A DNA stretch of 64,000 nt from an uncultured Lachnospiraceae bacterium (GTDB lineage: Bacteria > Bacillota > Clostridia > Christensenellales > UBA1242), in the NCBI GenBank assembly GCA_964653635.1, contig CAZZGZ010000003.1, positions 8,438 to 72,437 on the forward strand. Direction: 5' to 3'. Below the pieces are notes generated by a model. That model worked only from the letters and a program-made list of their open reading frames with translations. It did not search any database and had not been told where the DNA came from. Shown here one piece after another: positions 46,623 through 57,484 of the stretch (within the stretch, counting starts at the first letter, position 1; each line of letters starts with the position of its first letter). A program made the position numbers and the translations under genes.

Positions 46623-49600
46623 TTAACCTTCTGTCTGCGTCTCAGCCTGAGTGATTGCCTCTGCAAGTTTAACAGAGACTACTTTTGACACACCCTTTTC
46701 TTGCATCGTAACACCAAAAAGGTTGTCAGCAAGTTCCATTGTTGGTTTTCTGTGTGTTATGACAATAAACTGTGTAGTGTTTGATAGACGTTTCAAATAT
46801 TGAGCAAATCTTTCAATATTAGCATCGTCAAGTGCCGCCTCAATTTCGTCTAGGAAGGAAAATGGCAGTGGCTTTAATCTTAATATCGCAAATAAAAGTG
46901 AAATTGCAGTTAAAGTCTTTTCTCCGCCTGAGAGCAGAGAGAGTTTATTCGCCGCCTTGCCTGGAAGTTGTACAATAATTTCAACGCCTGCTTCTAGTTC
47001 GTCCTCAGCTTCGGTCAATTCAAGTCTAGCTGTGCCACCCCCAAAAAGTTCACGGAAAACGATTTTGAAACTTTCATTTATTGCGTCAAAACTTTCATTG
47101 AATTTAGTGAGCATTTCTCCTGACAAATCCTTGATAATCTTTACTAAATCTTCCTCAGCCTTGTGCAAATCCTCGCTCTGTGATGACATTTCACTATACC
47201 TTTCATACAACACTTTAACGTCTTCAATCGCATGTACGTTGACATACCCAAGTGCTTGAATATCTTTTTTGAGGCGACTGATATCTTTCATGCCTTCCAC
47301 GATATCAAAATTTGCCCTCTTGTAAGCAAGGCAGTCATTATAGGTCATGGAGTATTCCTCGTATATACGTTCTTGCATCTGTTCAAGTTCAATATCAACT
47401 CTTTCAAGTCCTGCCTCTTCTTTGACTTTCCTATCGTTTAAGGAAGTGAGGTTGTCCATGAGTTTAGTTTTTTGCTCATCCAAATTTTTTATACTACTTG
47501 ATACCCCACTCTTAGTAGTTTCTATTTCAGTGCGTTTAGCCTTTAATTTTTCAAGTTTATTTTTAACTTCACTTTGTGGTGCATTTTCTAGTTTAAGTTT
47601 AATCATACTTTCCAAACTTAAAACTGTTTTTTCATTTTCTTCTATTTCAGATTCGTACGTCTTTATAAGCCCTTGCTGATTTTCAAGGTCGGAAGTATAG
47701 CGCTCTGCATCCTGTTTATAACTTTCAAGATTGGCGGTAACACTTGCTATCTCCACTTTGACCGTTGTCATGTTTGCCACAACCTCTTCACGTTTTGCAC
47801 GAAGTTCTTCATTTTTCTGCCGTTTCTCACGTATGATTTCGTCAGCATCATTAGTGTTTCCAGACAATGCACTTTCAAGTTTTGACTTTTCATTCAAGTC
47901 ACTATCGATAAGCTTCAATTTGTTATTTATTGTCTCTTGTTCTTTTTCTAGCACTTCAAGGTCATAAAGCACGCCACTATCTTCTTTTGCTAGATTTTCT
48001 TTACTTTCCAAAAGTTTTGCAAGTTCAACTTCACTCTGACTTTTATTATTTTGACAGGATTCTAAAAGTGCTTTACTTTGTGATAAGAGTTCGATATTTT
48101 TTTGCAAGTCGATATCACATTTTTTAAGTTCTTCATTTTGCCTTACAATCTCCTCTTTTAAAGACTTAATCTCTCTGTCACGACTAATCAAGTTGACAGC
48201 TTCTTCCTTTCTCGAACCACCCGTGAATGAACCTTGCGTGCTTAAAATGTCGCCTTCCAAAGTTACAATTCTAAATGAGTAACCCTTTTCACCTGCAAGA
48301 GTGATTGCGTGTTGCATATTGTCCACAATAACAGTCGTGCCTAGAAGGTTTGAGATGATATTAGCAATTTTGCTATCATATGAAATCAGCTCACTTGCAA
48401 GTCCCATAACACCTATCCTGCCAGAAATCTGTTTGATGTCAAAATATCGTGCTTTCATAGTTGTAATAGGTAAAAATGTGGCACGACCAAACTTGTTTTG
48501 TTTTAGGTATGAAATCAAGTCTTTTGCACCATTTTCATCAAATGTGACTATGTTCTGTACTGCCGACCCAAGTGCGACTTCAATGGCTGTTTCGTACTTT
48601 TCTGGCACTTTGATAAGGTTAGCAAGTACGCCCACAATCTTATTTTTAATACCTAAATTATTTTCACATTCCTTCAAAAGTTTACGTATGGCATAGTTAT
48701 AACCTTCATAACTTGCTTGCATCTCCGTCAATAACTTTGTTCGATTTTCACAAACTTTAATTTGCGTGGAAAGGGTGGTTTTTCTATTTTCTACTTCCTT
48801 TATCTGCCTTTCTAATATAAAAATCTTGCCCGATAAGTCTTTTAATAGCTCACTGGTCGTTTCAAGGTTAGTTTTACACTTTGCAATACGCTTTGTATTA
48901 TCTTCAATCAACGAGGAAATAACACTCTTACGATTCTGTGCTTCCTTTATGCTACTTACAATCTTTTCTTGTCTGTCTATGAGTATATTTTTTTCGGTCG
49001 CAAGACTTGACACATCACTTTTTATATCTGACAAATTGCCAAGTGTTTGAATAAATTCCTGTTGACTCTTACCTGCCTCATTTTCAGAAGCGGTCACCTT
49101 GTCAATAAGTTCAAGGTTTGCTCTTTCTAATTGCTCATACGAACTTTTAAGAGTTTCAAGTTTTTGATTAGCACTCTCAATGAGTTTACGCTTATTCTCT
49201 AAGGCTCTCGTACAATTCTCAATAAAAATTTTAGCATTTGTCACATTTGAATTAAGTCTGTCGTTTTCTCTTTGTGTGTAATTGATTTTTTCCCGAGCTA
49301 TTTTAGTTTCACCCTCTTGCTTTTCAAGGTTTACTGTAAGTTTTAAAATCTCTTCATTTATTTCCTGATTTTCTTGGTCGAAAGCAGATAGTTTTTCCAT
49401 CTGCTTGTTATACTCCATTGTGGCACAAGAAAGTTCGTCTTGTCTATTTTGTATCTCCTCAGAAATTGCTTTGAGTTTTACACCTATTTGAGATTTGACT
49501 GTACTTGCATTATCATATTGAAATACATATGCGTTCACTTCTAAATCTTTTAATTGTCCTTTGTAGTCTAGATATAACTTAGCATTTTCCGCCTGTTTTT

Positions 49601-50216
49601 TTAGCGGTCCCATCTGTTTGTCAATCTCACCACAAATATCATCTATTCGTGTGAGGTTATCACGAGTTTTTGCAAGTTTGTTTTCCGCCTCAGTCTTACG
49701 TGACTTAAATTTTGCAATCCCCGCTGCTTCTTCAAACATAGCACGCCTATCTTCTGGCTTTTCATCAACTATCTCAGAAACTTTACCCTGTCCGATTACA
49801 GAATAACCTTTTTTGCCTATACCACTATCAAAAAGTATGGAGTTGATATCCATAAGACGACATGTGTTTCTGTTGATAAGGTACTCACTTTCTCCCGAGC
49901 GGTATAGTTTACGTGTGATTACTAACTCATCATAAGGGAAGTCAAAAAATCTGTCTGTATTATCAAATGTCAGTGATACTTCACAATAAGAAAGACTTTT
50001 TCGCTTCTCTGTCCCTTTAAAAATAACATCCTGCATATTATCACCACGCAGTGATTTCGCACTTTGTTCTCCAAGCACCCATCGTATTGCATCTGAAACA
50101 TTACTCTTTCCGCACCCATTAGGTCCTACTATGGCAGTGAACCCGCCATTAAATTCTATAACTGTCTTATCGGCAAAGGATTTAAACCCCACCATTTCTA
50201 TTTTTTTAAAATACAT
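46623..50216 (-). CDS. smc: Chromosome segregation protein SMC
   Basis: 1197 aa. N-terminal FKSFADKT...GPNGCGKSNVSDAIRWVLGEQS, long coiled coils, a hinge, and a C-terminal LSGGEKTLTAISLLFAI...LDEIEAALD. Confidence 0.95.
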   Translation of the reverse strand: MYFKKIEMVGFKSFADKTVIEFNGGFTAIVGPNGCGKSNVSDAIRWVLGEQSAKSLRGDNMQDVIFKGTEKRKSLSYCEVSLTFDNTDRFFDFPYDELVITRKLYRSGESEYLINRNTCRLMDINSILFDSGIGKKGYSVIGQGKVSEIVDEKPEDRRAMFEEAAGIAKFKSRKTEAENKLAKTRDNLTRIDDICGEIDKQMGPLKKQAENAKLYLDYKGQLKDLEVNAYVFQYDNASTVKSQIGVKLKAISEEIQNRQDELSCATMEYNKQMEKLSAFDQENQEINEEILKLTVNLEKQEGETKIAREKINYTQRENDRLNSNVTNAKIFIENCTRALENKRKLIESANQKLETLKSSYEQLERANLELIDKVTASENEAGKSQQEFIQTLGNLSDIKSDVSSLATEKNILIDRQEKIVSSIKEAQNRKSVISSLIEDNTKRIAKCKTNLETTSELLKDLSGKIFILERQIKEVENRKTTLSTQIKVCENRTKLLTEMQASYEGYNYAIRKLLKECENNLGIKNKIVGVLANLIKVPEKYETAIEVALGSAVQNIVTFDENGAKDLISYLKQNKFGRATFLPITTMKARYFDIKQISGRIGVMGLASELISYDSKIANIISNLLGTTVIVDNMQHAITLAGEKGYSFRIVTLEGDILSTQGSFTGGSRKEEAVNLISRDREIKSLKEEIVRQNEELKKCDIDLQKNIELLSQSKALLESCQNNKSQSEVELAKLLESKENLAKEDSGVLYDLEVLEKEQETINNKLKLIDSDLNEKSKLESALSGNTNDADEIIREKRQKNEELRAKREEVVANMTTVKVEIASVTANLESYKQDAERYTSDLENQQGLIKTYESEIEENEKTVLSLESMIKLKLENAPQSEVKNKLEKLKAKRTEIETTKSGVSSSIKNLDEQKTKLMDNLTSLNDRKVKEEAGLERVDIELEQMQERIYEEYSMTYNDCLAYKRANFDIVEGMKDISRLKKDIQALGYVNVHAIEDVKVLYERYSEMSSQSEDLHKAEEDLVKIIKDLSGEMLTKFNESFDAINESFKIVFRELFGGGTARLELTEAEDELEAGVEIIVQLPGKAANKLSLLSGGEKTLTAISLLFAILRLKPLPFSFLDEIEAALDDANIERFAQYLKRLSNTTQFIVITHRKPTMELADNLFGVTMQEKGVSKVVSVKLAEAITQAETQTEG

Positions 50217-50310
50217 ATAACTTCCTATTTTTTTATTTTTTTGCTAAAAAAACTTAAAAAATCGCAAAAAAAGTAGATTTTTTGTAGTTTTTTTTAAAAT
50301 TTTTGTAATT

Positions 50311-50934
50311 TTAATCCATGTTGAACAATTTGTTAAGTGCTACATATGCACAATTTTGTTCGGCACTTTGTTTGCTTTTACCATATCCTTTTGCAATCAT
50401 ATCATCATCCATAAAGAACTTTGCTTCGAAAGTACTATCACTTACTTTTTCAGTTAAGTATTTCATTGAACATTTAAAATTTGCTTGCAAAAGTTCTTGA
50501 AGTTGAGATTTGTAATTGTCGTCTTGTACCTCTTCAAAATTCTCGATGTGCAAAATATTTATAACAAAATCAGAGGTAGTTTTTAAATCTTCACTATCCA
50601 AATATATGCCCGCAATAACCGCCTCTACCATATCTGCCTTTATTGCTTGTGAAAGTTCTCCTTTCAAAGACTTGCCAAGTTTGACATATTTTTCTAGTCC
50701 TAATTCATCAAATATCTTTGAAAGATATGGTTCTGAAACATAGTGAGCTCGCAATGGCGTAAGCTTGCCTTCGTCCATACTTGAGTTTTTATACAAATAT
50801 TCGCCAGTGATAAAGTCTAGTATGCTATCGCCTAAAAATTCCATTCGCTCATAATTCAATTTAGACTTTGAGGAATGTGTTACCGCCCTTTCAAAGAGTG
50901 CTGGATTTGTAAATTCATAATTTAGTATTTTCAT
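50311..50934 (-). CDS. rnc: Ribonuclease III
   Basis: Signature ERMEFLGDSILDF and a C-terminal dsRBD (GYGKSKQSAEQNCAYVAL). Confidence 0.9.
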   Translation of the reverse strand: MKILNYEFTNPALFERAVTHSSKSKLNYERMEFLGDSILDFITGEYLYKNSSMDEGKLTPLRAHYVSEPYLSKIFDELGLEKYVKLGKSLKGELSQAIKADMVEAVIAGIYLDSEDLKTTSDFVINILHIENFEEVQDDNYKSQLQELLQANFKCSMKYLTEKVSDSTFEAKFFMDDDMIAKGYGKSKQSAEQNCAYVALNKLFNMD

Positions 50935-51941
50935 TCCTGCACCTCAAGATTAAGTGATTGCACAGACTCTGTTATCTTTTCGATTAATTTCTGCTCGTGT
51001 AAAAAGATTGCATTTTCAACAGTTGCCACAATATTACTTCGCTTTGAAGTTCCATGATTTTTCATAATCAATTTCTTAACACCTAAAAATGGTGACCCAC
51101 CATGTGTATTTATATCAATTTTGGATTTGAGTTTATTAAATGCACCTTTCATAAATAGATAACCTATCTTAGCCGAAAAACTGGATTTTATTGAAGATTT
51201 AAGTTGTGAAAGAAGCGCAGCAACGGCACCCTCTGTACCCTTTAAAAGAACATTGCCTGCAAAACCATCTGCAACCATTACATCCACATCACCAGACATA
51301 TATTCACGCCCCTCAACGTTGCCTATGAAATTGATTGGTAGTTGTTTCATAAGCGGATAAGTAGCCCTGACAAGTTCACACCCTTTATGCTCCTCTGTCC
51401 CGTTGTTTAATAGCGCAACACGTGGAGATTTTTCACCATACATAATTGAATAATATGCCGAACCCATAATTGCAAAGTGACAAAGATTTATAGGTTTACA
51501 ATCGATGTTTGCACCACTATCTGCTAGCATCACTTTCCTATCCCCTTTTTTAGTTGGCAAAATTGGAGCAAGGCAAGGTCTTGATATACCCTTTATTCGT
51601 CCTATTTTCATAATTGCACCAGTAAGTATTGCACCAGTTGACCCAGCAGATATCATAGCAATTACATCATCATTTTCCTTCAAAATATCAAACGCTTTAA
51701 CAAGTGATGATTCTTTTTTGTGCCTAATTGCCTCTGTTGGCACATCGTCATTTGTTATAACGTCCTTAGCATCAACCACTGTAATACGTTCTGACCTTCC
51801 TGCAAGTAAATTATTCAATTTGTCTTGATCTCCAGTGAGTATTATTTCAAGGTTTTCAAACTTCTTTATAGCAAGAACAGCTCCCTCAACAATTTCCAAA
51901 GGTGCATAATCCCCACCAAAAGCATCAATTACTATTTTCAT
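50931..51941 (-). CDS. plsX: Phosphate acyltransferase PlsX
   Basis: MKIVIDAFGGDYAP... begins at the ATG at 51941, which follows an AGGAGAAAAAAT ribosome-binding site. The track start at 52028 adds an implausible 29-aa extension. Confidence 0.9.
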   Translation of the reverse strand: MKIVIDAFGGDYAPLEIVEGAVLAIKKFENLEIILTGDQDKLNNLLAGRSERITVVDAKDVITNDDVPTEAIRHKKESSLVKAFDILKENDDVIAMISAGSTGAILTGAIMKIGRIKGISRPCLAPILPTKKGDRKVMLADSGANIDCKPINLCHFAIMGSAYYSIMYGEKSPRVALLNNGTEEHKGCELVRATYPLMKQLPINFIGNVEGREYMSGDVDVMVADGFAGNVLLKGTEGAVAALLSQLKSSIKSSFSAKIGYLFMKGAFNKLKSKIDINTHGGSPFLGVKKLIMKNHGTSKRSNIVATVENAIFLHEQKLIEKITESVQSLNLEVQE

Positions 51942-52330
51942 ATTTTTTCTCCTAAATATCAAGAATATTCTATCAAAAATATAAATTTTTTCCAAACAAA
52001 TTACACACTTTATAGAAATAGTGAACATAATAAAATCTTAGCATATAAAGTAATACTAAAAAAACTAGCAAATAACCAAATAAATAACAAGTTTCTAAAC
52101 AAAATTTATATTTTAATTTTGAAAAATGATATATTAAAGGTTGTGATGTAAAATTTCATATATGTAGTTATAATATGTACATACTACTTACTACATATAG
52201 TGCATAATTTTTATTAATAAGCAAGCAATACAAAGCTTATACTAGATAAAAAAGCGTCATCTAAAAATTGGCACTTTCTTTCACACTTATAAAAAAACTT
52301 AAAGGTTTTGCCTTTAAGTTTATATAGTTT

Positions 52331-52852
52331 TTATTTTTCGATTATATACTTAGATTGTAAATCTATGAAGAATGATTGAATAAGTTTAATTTGATTTCTA
52401 ATTGTTACACCAGTGTATGTTTTTGACAGAAGTTTTACTGATTCCTCCGCTCTATCGGTGTAATATTGTTCGGCTTCACGAAGATAATTATCTCTTTCTT
52501 CGTATTTATCCTGTTTATCAAGCATATCAGCAACAGATTCTATAAAGACTTTTGAACTTTGCGAAATTGGTGCGGTTTCTTCATAATAGTAAATTTCACT
52601 AGATAAGTTACATGGAGTACAGCCATAATCCATAATCTCATAATCGTTAAAGTAAATAGGACGATGAGGAACGTTATCATCCAAAAATTCTAATTGTACT
52701 AACCCATTCCTTGCATTGAAACTTATGCTATAATCACTTTCAGGATTAACGCCCTTGCCAAAATTGTCCATGAATTTTTTAACACGAACCAGAGAATGAA
52801 TATTTGCCGTATTTGAAAAAATTGATAAATTATTTTCTTCTTTTGTTTGCAT
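52331..52852 (-). CDS. Hypothetical protein (173 aa from MQTKEEN)
   Basis: The ATG at 52852 lies directly after the nifU-like stop. The longer track ORF would overlap the nifU-like gene. No motif recognised. Confidence 0.45.
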   Translation of the reverse strand: MQTKEENNLSIFSNTANIHSLVRVKKFMDNFGKGVNPESDYSISFNARNGLVQLEFLDDNVPHRPIYFNDYEIMDYGCTPCNLSSEIYYYEETAPISQSSKVFIESVADMLDKQDKYEERDNYLREAEQYYTDRAEESVKLLSKTYTGVTIRNQIKLIQSFFIDLQSKYIIEK

Positions 52853-52853
52853 T

Positions 52854-53288
52854 TTAATCCTCACTATTACTATTTTGTAATGCCCTTGCTTTAGCTGCTT
52901 TTTTAGCTTCTTTTGCCTTAATATCGTAGTAATTTGCAATAACTTCTTTAATAGCCTCTTGAGCAAGCGATGCACTATAAATCTTATGAGCAGGAAGTTC
53001 CTCTAAAACTTCAAAAATATCTTTGTTAGTGACAAGTAGTGCATCATCAAGAGATTTGTTCATGATAAGTTCACACATCACATCGGCACATGCAATAGTT
53101 GCCACCGAGCCAAACACTTTGAATTTAGCGTCACGAATAACTTCATCTCCATCGATACGCAAAAACACTTTAATTATATCACCACAAATAGGGCTTATCA
53201 CCTCTGCTACTGCATCTGGTTTTATAACTTTGCCCGCATATGTAGGATTTGAAAAACGTGCAATAACTTTTTTATTATACATCTTCAT
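52854..53288 (-). CDS. IscU/NifU-like scaffold homologue with non-canonical ligand set
   Basis: It aligns to the recalled E. coli IscU. PICGD (Cys37/Asp39 equivalent) is kept. GCGS becomes GSVA, and HCS becomes YSAS. Confidence 0.7.
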   Translation of the reverse strand: MKMYNKKVIARFSNPTYAGKVIKPDAVAEVISPICGDIIKVFLRIDGDEVIRDAKFKVFGSVATIACADVMCELIMNKSLDDALLVTNKDIFEVLEELPAHKIYSASLAQEAIKEVIANYYDIKAKEAKKAAKARALQNSNSED

Positions 53289-54468
53289 TCCCTCCTACTT
53301 TTTTAGGTTTGATTGGTGAAATACTTCTAAGGCTTTCAACAGCTTTAACAAGCTCTTCAATAACAATATCCAAATCTTGTTTTGTGGTAGTCTTTCCAAA
53401 GGAAATACGAATTGAACTTTGAGCTACATCAACTGGTATCCCCATCGCTTGAAGAACATGAGATGGTAAAGATGATTTAGCAGTACATGCCGAACCCGTC
53501 GACACAGCAATTCCAGCAAGGTCAAGCAACATCAAAAGTGATTCACCATCCACGCCATAGACAGACATATTTAAAATTGAGTTTGCTTTCTGTTGTGGAT
53601 GACCATTTATTTTGAAAAACTCTAACTTATTTTTGATTTCCCGTACAAAATATGTTCGAAGTGACTTGTAATGTTTATTGAGTTGTGTAAGATTTCGACT
53701 TGTAAGTTCGCATGCCTTACCAAATCCAACAATCCCAGGCACGTTTAATGTGCCACCACGCAAATTTCGTTCTTGTGAACCACCAACATGTAAAGGTGAA
53801 ATCCTTACGCCATTTCTAACATAAAGCGCTCCAACGCCCTTAGGGCCATATATTTTATGAGAAGAAATTGACAAAGCATCTATTTCCATATCTTGAACAT
53901 CCATTTTTAAGACACCAACCGCTTGCACGGCATCAGTGTGGAATATTACGTCATATTCACGACAAATCTTGCCTATTGTTTTAATGTTTTGTATAGTTCC
54001 AACTTCGTTATTTACAGACATAATTGATACTAAAATCGTGTCATTTCTCAAATAGTGTAGAAGCTCACTAATCTTTACAAGCCCATTAGCGTCAACATCA
54101 AGATAGGTAATTTCAAAACCCTCTTTTTCAAGTTGTGAACATGCTTCTAGCACTGCATGATGTTCAATTTTACTTGTAATGATATGCTTGCCCTTAGTGG
54201 CATTTGCCCTTGCAAGTCCAATTATTGCCCAGTTATCAGCCTCTGTACCACCACTTGTAAAGTAAATTTCACTCGAACTTTTGGCATTTATAAGCCCTGC
54301 CACTCTGTCCCTTGCACGATCTACAAGCCCCTCAGCATTTCGACCATATGTATGAACAGAAGATGGATTTCCAAAAAAGGTGTGAAAACAAGGCATCATC
54401 TCTTGCAAAACTTCATTTGCAACGTAAGTGGTTGAAGCATAATCTAAGTATATGTTTTTCTTTTCCAT
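53275..54468 (-). CDS. nifS: Cysteine desulfurase (NifS/IscS family)
   Basis: PLP lysine motif SSHKIYGPKG and active-site loop STGSACTAKS. 397 aa. Confidence 0.9.
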   Translation of the reverse strand: MEKKNIYLDYASTTYVANEVLQEMMPCFHTFFGNPSSVHTYGRNAEGLVDRARDRVAGLINAKSSSEIYFTSGGTEADNWAIIGLARANATKGKHIITSKIEHHAVLEACSQLEKEGFEITYLDVDANGLVKISELLHYLRNDTILVSIMSVNNEVGTIQNIKTIGKICREYDVIFHTDAVQAVGVLKMDVQDMEIDALSISSHKIYGPKGVGALYVRNGVRISPLHVGGSQERNLRGGTLNVPGIVGFGKACELTSRNLTQLNKHYKSLRTYFVREIKNKLEFFKINGHPQQKANSILNMSVYGVDGESLLMLLDLAGIAVSTGSACTAKSSLPSHVLQAMGIPVDVAQSSIRISFGKTTTKQDLDIVIEELVKAVESLRSISPIKPKKVGGNEDV

Positions 54469-54562
54469 TTCGTCTTCCTTTTAATTATGAGTATTTTAAC
54501 ACTTTATTCACACTTTGTCAATAGCAAAATAAAAATTTTGTAAAAAACATCGAGAAAATGAG

Positions 54563-54868
54563 TTATTTGTACTTATCTATTGTGTCGAGTAAATCTTCAA
54601 TTTGCCATATCCCAACATGTTTCTCACAAACACTGCCATTTTTCATCAAAAGCAAAGTAGGTATCATCATAACACCATATTGCTTTGACAAATTTTCTGC
54701 CTCATCTACATTGACTTTGACTATTTTGATATCAGATAAACTCTCCTCATTTTCTTCAAGAATCTGCCCCATCATAGAACAAGGACCACACCAACTTGCA
54801 TAAAAATCCACAAGTACCAGTCCCGATTTTGTTTCACTTTCAAAATCTTTCTCATCAATCACTTTCAT
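54563..54868 (-). CDS. trxA: Thioredoxin
   Basis: 101 aa with the WCGPC active site. Confidence 0.9.
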   Translation of the reverse strand: MKVIDEKDFESETKSGLVLVDFYASWCGPCSMMGQILEENEESLSDIKIVKVNVDEAENLSKQYGVMMIPTLLLMKNGSVCEKHVGIWQIEDLLDTIDKYK

Positions 54869-55595
54869 TTTTACTCTCCTTTAAAATTTCATTCACAAGA
54901 TAACCCGCCATCACACATGCACATGCAGGCGGATAATAACTTATACTCCCTGTGACTTTCTGTCCATGTTTAATCGGTAAACTTTTTGCAATGACAACAG
55001 GTAGATGTTTTATTTTCATACGCAACTTTTTTCGCAAAACTTTAGCAAGCCCATCCCCACTAGTTTTGAATAAGTCTTTGACTTCAAAACAAGGAATGTC
55101 AATTCGATTTCCTGCTCCACATGCGGTTATGATTTTCTTTCCTTTTTCATGAGCATATAAAATAAGGTCTATCTTGTTCGTGACGTTATCTATGCAGTCA
55201 GCAATATATTCGCAATCACATAGCAGTTTATCAAAGGTATCCTTTGAAGCTCTTTGCAAATATGCTCTAATTATAGCCTCTTGGTTGATGCTTAAAAGTT
55301 GCGATTTCAAAACTTCGGTTTTTGCCATGCCCACAGTGTTAGTATTGGCAATAATTTGTCTATTTATGTTACTTTGCGAAACTATATCAAAATCTATTAT
55401 TGTCAAATTTGTAACACCTGCTCGCACTAAAAAGTGTGCAACATATGCCCCTACTCCCCCACAGCCTACCACAGCGACCTTTACAGAGGATAAAGCCTTT
55501 AACCCACTCTCACCTATTAATAGTTGTGTTCTTTCACAAAAGGCGGGAATTTTGTCACATCCTGCATGCTTTAACTCATCTTCTCGTGCATTCAT
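54855..55595 (-). CDS. tcdA: ThiF/MoeB-family E1-like enzyme, probably tRNA threonylcarbamoyladenosine dehydratase TcdA
   Basis: VAVVGCGGVGAYVAHFLVRAGVTNLTIIDFDIVSQSNINRQ. The size (246 aa) and pattern fit TcdA/CsdL. Confidence 0.7.
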   Translation of the reverse strand: MNAREDELKHAGCDKIPAFCERTQLLIGESGLKALSSVKVAVVGCGGVGAYVAHFLVRAGVTNLTIIDFDIVSQSNINRQIIANTNTVGMAKTEVLKSQLLSINQEAIIRAYLQRASKDTFDKLLCDCEYIADCIDNVTNKIDLILYAHEKGKKIITACGAGNRIDIPCFEVKDLFKTSGDGLAKVLRKKLRMKIKHLPVVIAKSLPIKHGQKVTGSISYYPPACACVMAGYLVNEILKESKNESD

Positions 55596-55609
55596 CTCAT
55601 TTTTTTGCC

Positions 55610-56905
55610 TTACAGCACATACTTTTTAAGGTCCTGATTTGCAGGTTTAACTTTAAGTGCTTTTTTAACATACTCTTTATCAATTTTTACGGTGGTTAAA
55701 GGATGCTCACCACTTGCATTGAAGGAAATATCTTCAAGCAAGGCCTCCATTATCGTATGCAATCTTCTTGCACCTATATCCTCACCCATTTCATTTTCTT
55801 GTGCTGTGATTTCTGCAATTTCTCTAAATGCACCATCATCAAATTCTAGTTCTATGTTGTCGACTAAAAGAAGATTTTTATATTGAACAGCGAGGGCATT
55901 TTTAGGCGTTTTTAATATATTATAAAAGTCCTCTTTTGTTAGAGAGTTTAAGTCTACTATTATAGGAAAACGACCTTGAAGCTCTGGTATCATGTCCTCT
56001 ATTTTTGCAATATGAAAGGCACCAGACGCAATAAATAGTATGAAATCAGTTTTTACATTACCATATTTAGTAGCAACAGTAGAACCTTCCACGATTGGCA
56101 AGATATCCCTTTGCACCCCTTCACGTGATACGTCTTGACTTGAAGAACTTTGACTATTGCCTATGATTTTATCTATTTCATCTATGAAAATGATACCTTG
56201 TTCTTCGGCAAGCATAATTGCCTCTTCATTTACATTGTCAAGGTCGATTAATTTTTCACTCTCCTGACTCATGAGTTTTTCACGTGCAGATTTAACAGTG
56301 AGTTTTTTCTTTTTCTGATGTTTAGGAATTACTCCATCAAGCATAGTACCGATATTTATCTCACCCATTCCGAGTGGCATAATGTTTTTATGTTCTTCAA
56401 GGACAGTGATTTCAATTATTTCATCTTCACATTTTCCCAGTCGCAACTCTTCTAGCACGTTTTCTCGTACAACATCAACAATTGTCACCCTACGATTTTC
56501 AACAAGTGCATCCACCAGTTTGTTTTCGACGATTGGAATTACCTTACTTTCTACTTCACGTTTTTTGTTGTCCTTAACTAGTCTTACTGCCACCTCAACT
56601 AAGTCACGAACCATACTTTCAACATCTCTCCCAACATATCCAACTTCTGTATATTTTGTTGCTTCGACCTTGACAAAAGGAGCACCGACAAGTTTTGCAA
56701 GTCTGCGGGCAATCTCGGTTTTCCCCACACCAGTAGGTCCTCGCAAAACGATATTTTTAGGAGTGATTTCATCACGTAGTTCCTTTGGTAATTTGCTTCT
56801 ACGATATCTATTTCTAAGTGCCACTGCAACAGCTTTTTTGGCATTTTCTTGACCTATAATATATTTGTCAAGTTCTGCAACAATTTCTCTTGGTGATAAA
56901 TTCAT
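55610..56905 (-). CDS. hslU: ATP-dependent protease ATPase subunit HslU
   Basis: PREIVAELDKYIIGQENAKKAVAVALRNR, GPTGVGKTEIARRLA, and IIFIDEIDKI. Confidence 0.95.
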   Translation of the reverse strand: MNLSPREIVAELDKYIIGQENAKKAVAVALRNRYRRSKLPKELRDEITPKNIVLRGPTGVGKTEIARRLAKLVGAPFVKVEATKYTEVGYVGRDVESMVRDLVEVAVRLVKDNKKREVESKVIPIVENKLVDALVENRRVTIVDVVRENVLEELRLGKCEDEIIEITVLEEHKNIMPLGMGEINIGTMLDGVIPKHQKKKKLTVKSAREKLMSQESEKLIDLDNVNEEAIMLAEEQGIIFIDEIDKIIGNSQSSSSQDVSREGVQRDILPIVEGSTVATKYGNVKTDFILFIASGAFHIAKIEDMIPELQGRFPIIVDLNSLTKEDFYNILKTPKNALAVQYKNLLLVDNIELEFDDGAFREIAEITAQENEMGEDIGARRLHTIMEALLEDISFNASGEHPLTTVKIDKEYVKKALKVKPANQDLKKYVL

Positions 56906-56909
56906 TTTT

Positions 56910-57449
56910 TTATACCTCCTCTACTATGATGTGGTCATTTGTAAATACACAAATTTCACTTGCAATATTTAGAGCCTTATTTGCTATTTCTTTTGCTGAT
57001 AAATCAGTATTTTCGCTAAGCGCTTTTGCCGCCGCATAGGCATAGTTTCCACCTGATCCGATTGCACATATGCCATCTGAAGGCTCAATGACATCTCCCA
57101 CACCAGAAATCATCAAAAGTGTGTCCTTGTTTGCAACTATCATAAGTGCATCAAGTTTACGCCCGAGTTTATCCTGACGCCATAATTTAGCAAGTTCAAC
57201 ACTAGCACGTAGTAGATTGCCCGAAAACTTTTTAAGCATATCCTCAAAACGTTCTTCTAAGGAAAAGGCATCAGCTACTGCCCCTGCAAATCCAATCACC
57301 ACTTCTCCATTATAAATTCGTCTAACTTTGCGTGCATTATTTTTAAAAATTACACTGTTTTGCATGGTGACTTGTCCATCACCTGCAATCGCTGTTACAC
57401 CATTTTTCTTTACTGCACAAATGGTTGTGCCTCGAAATATTTCTTCCAT
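56910..57449 (-). CDS. hslV: ATP-dependent protease subunit HslV (CodW-like N-terminus)
   Basis: [13 protein letters not shown]...GDGQVT. A short propeptide precedes the TT, as in Bacillus CodW. Confidence 0.9.
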   Translation of the reverse strand: MEEIFRGTTICAVKKNGVTAIAGDGQVTMQNSVIFKNNARKVRRIYNGEVVIGFAGAVADAFSLEERFEDMLKKFSGNLLRASVELAKLWRQDKLGRKLDALMIVANKDTLLMISGVGDVIEPSDGICAIGSGGNYAYAAAKALSENTDLSAKEIANKALNIASEICVFTNDHIIVEEV

Positions 57450-57484
57450 TTTTGCTCCTTGTTTTATTATTTTTGCTTTTTTGT

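Noticed and set aside
51942-52028. N-terminal extensions of plsX (to 52028), mutL (to 6529), xseB (to 62782) and the 52331 ORF (to 52975)
   Set aside because: In each case an internal ATG with a good SD gives the conserved N-terminus and removes an overlap with the upstream gene.
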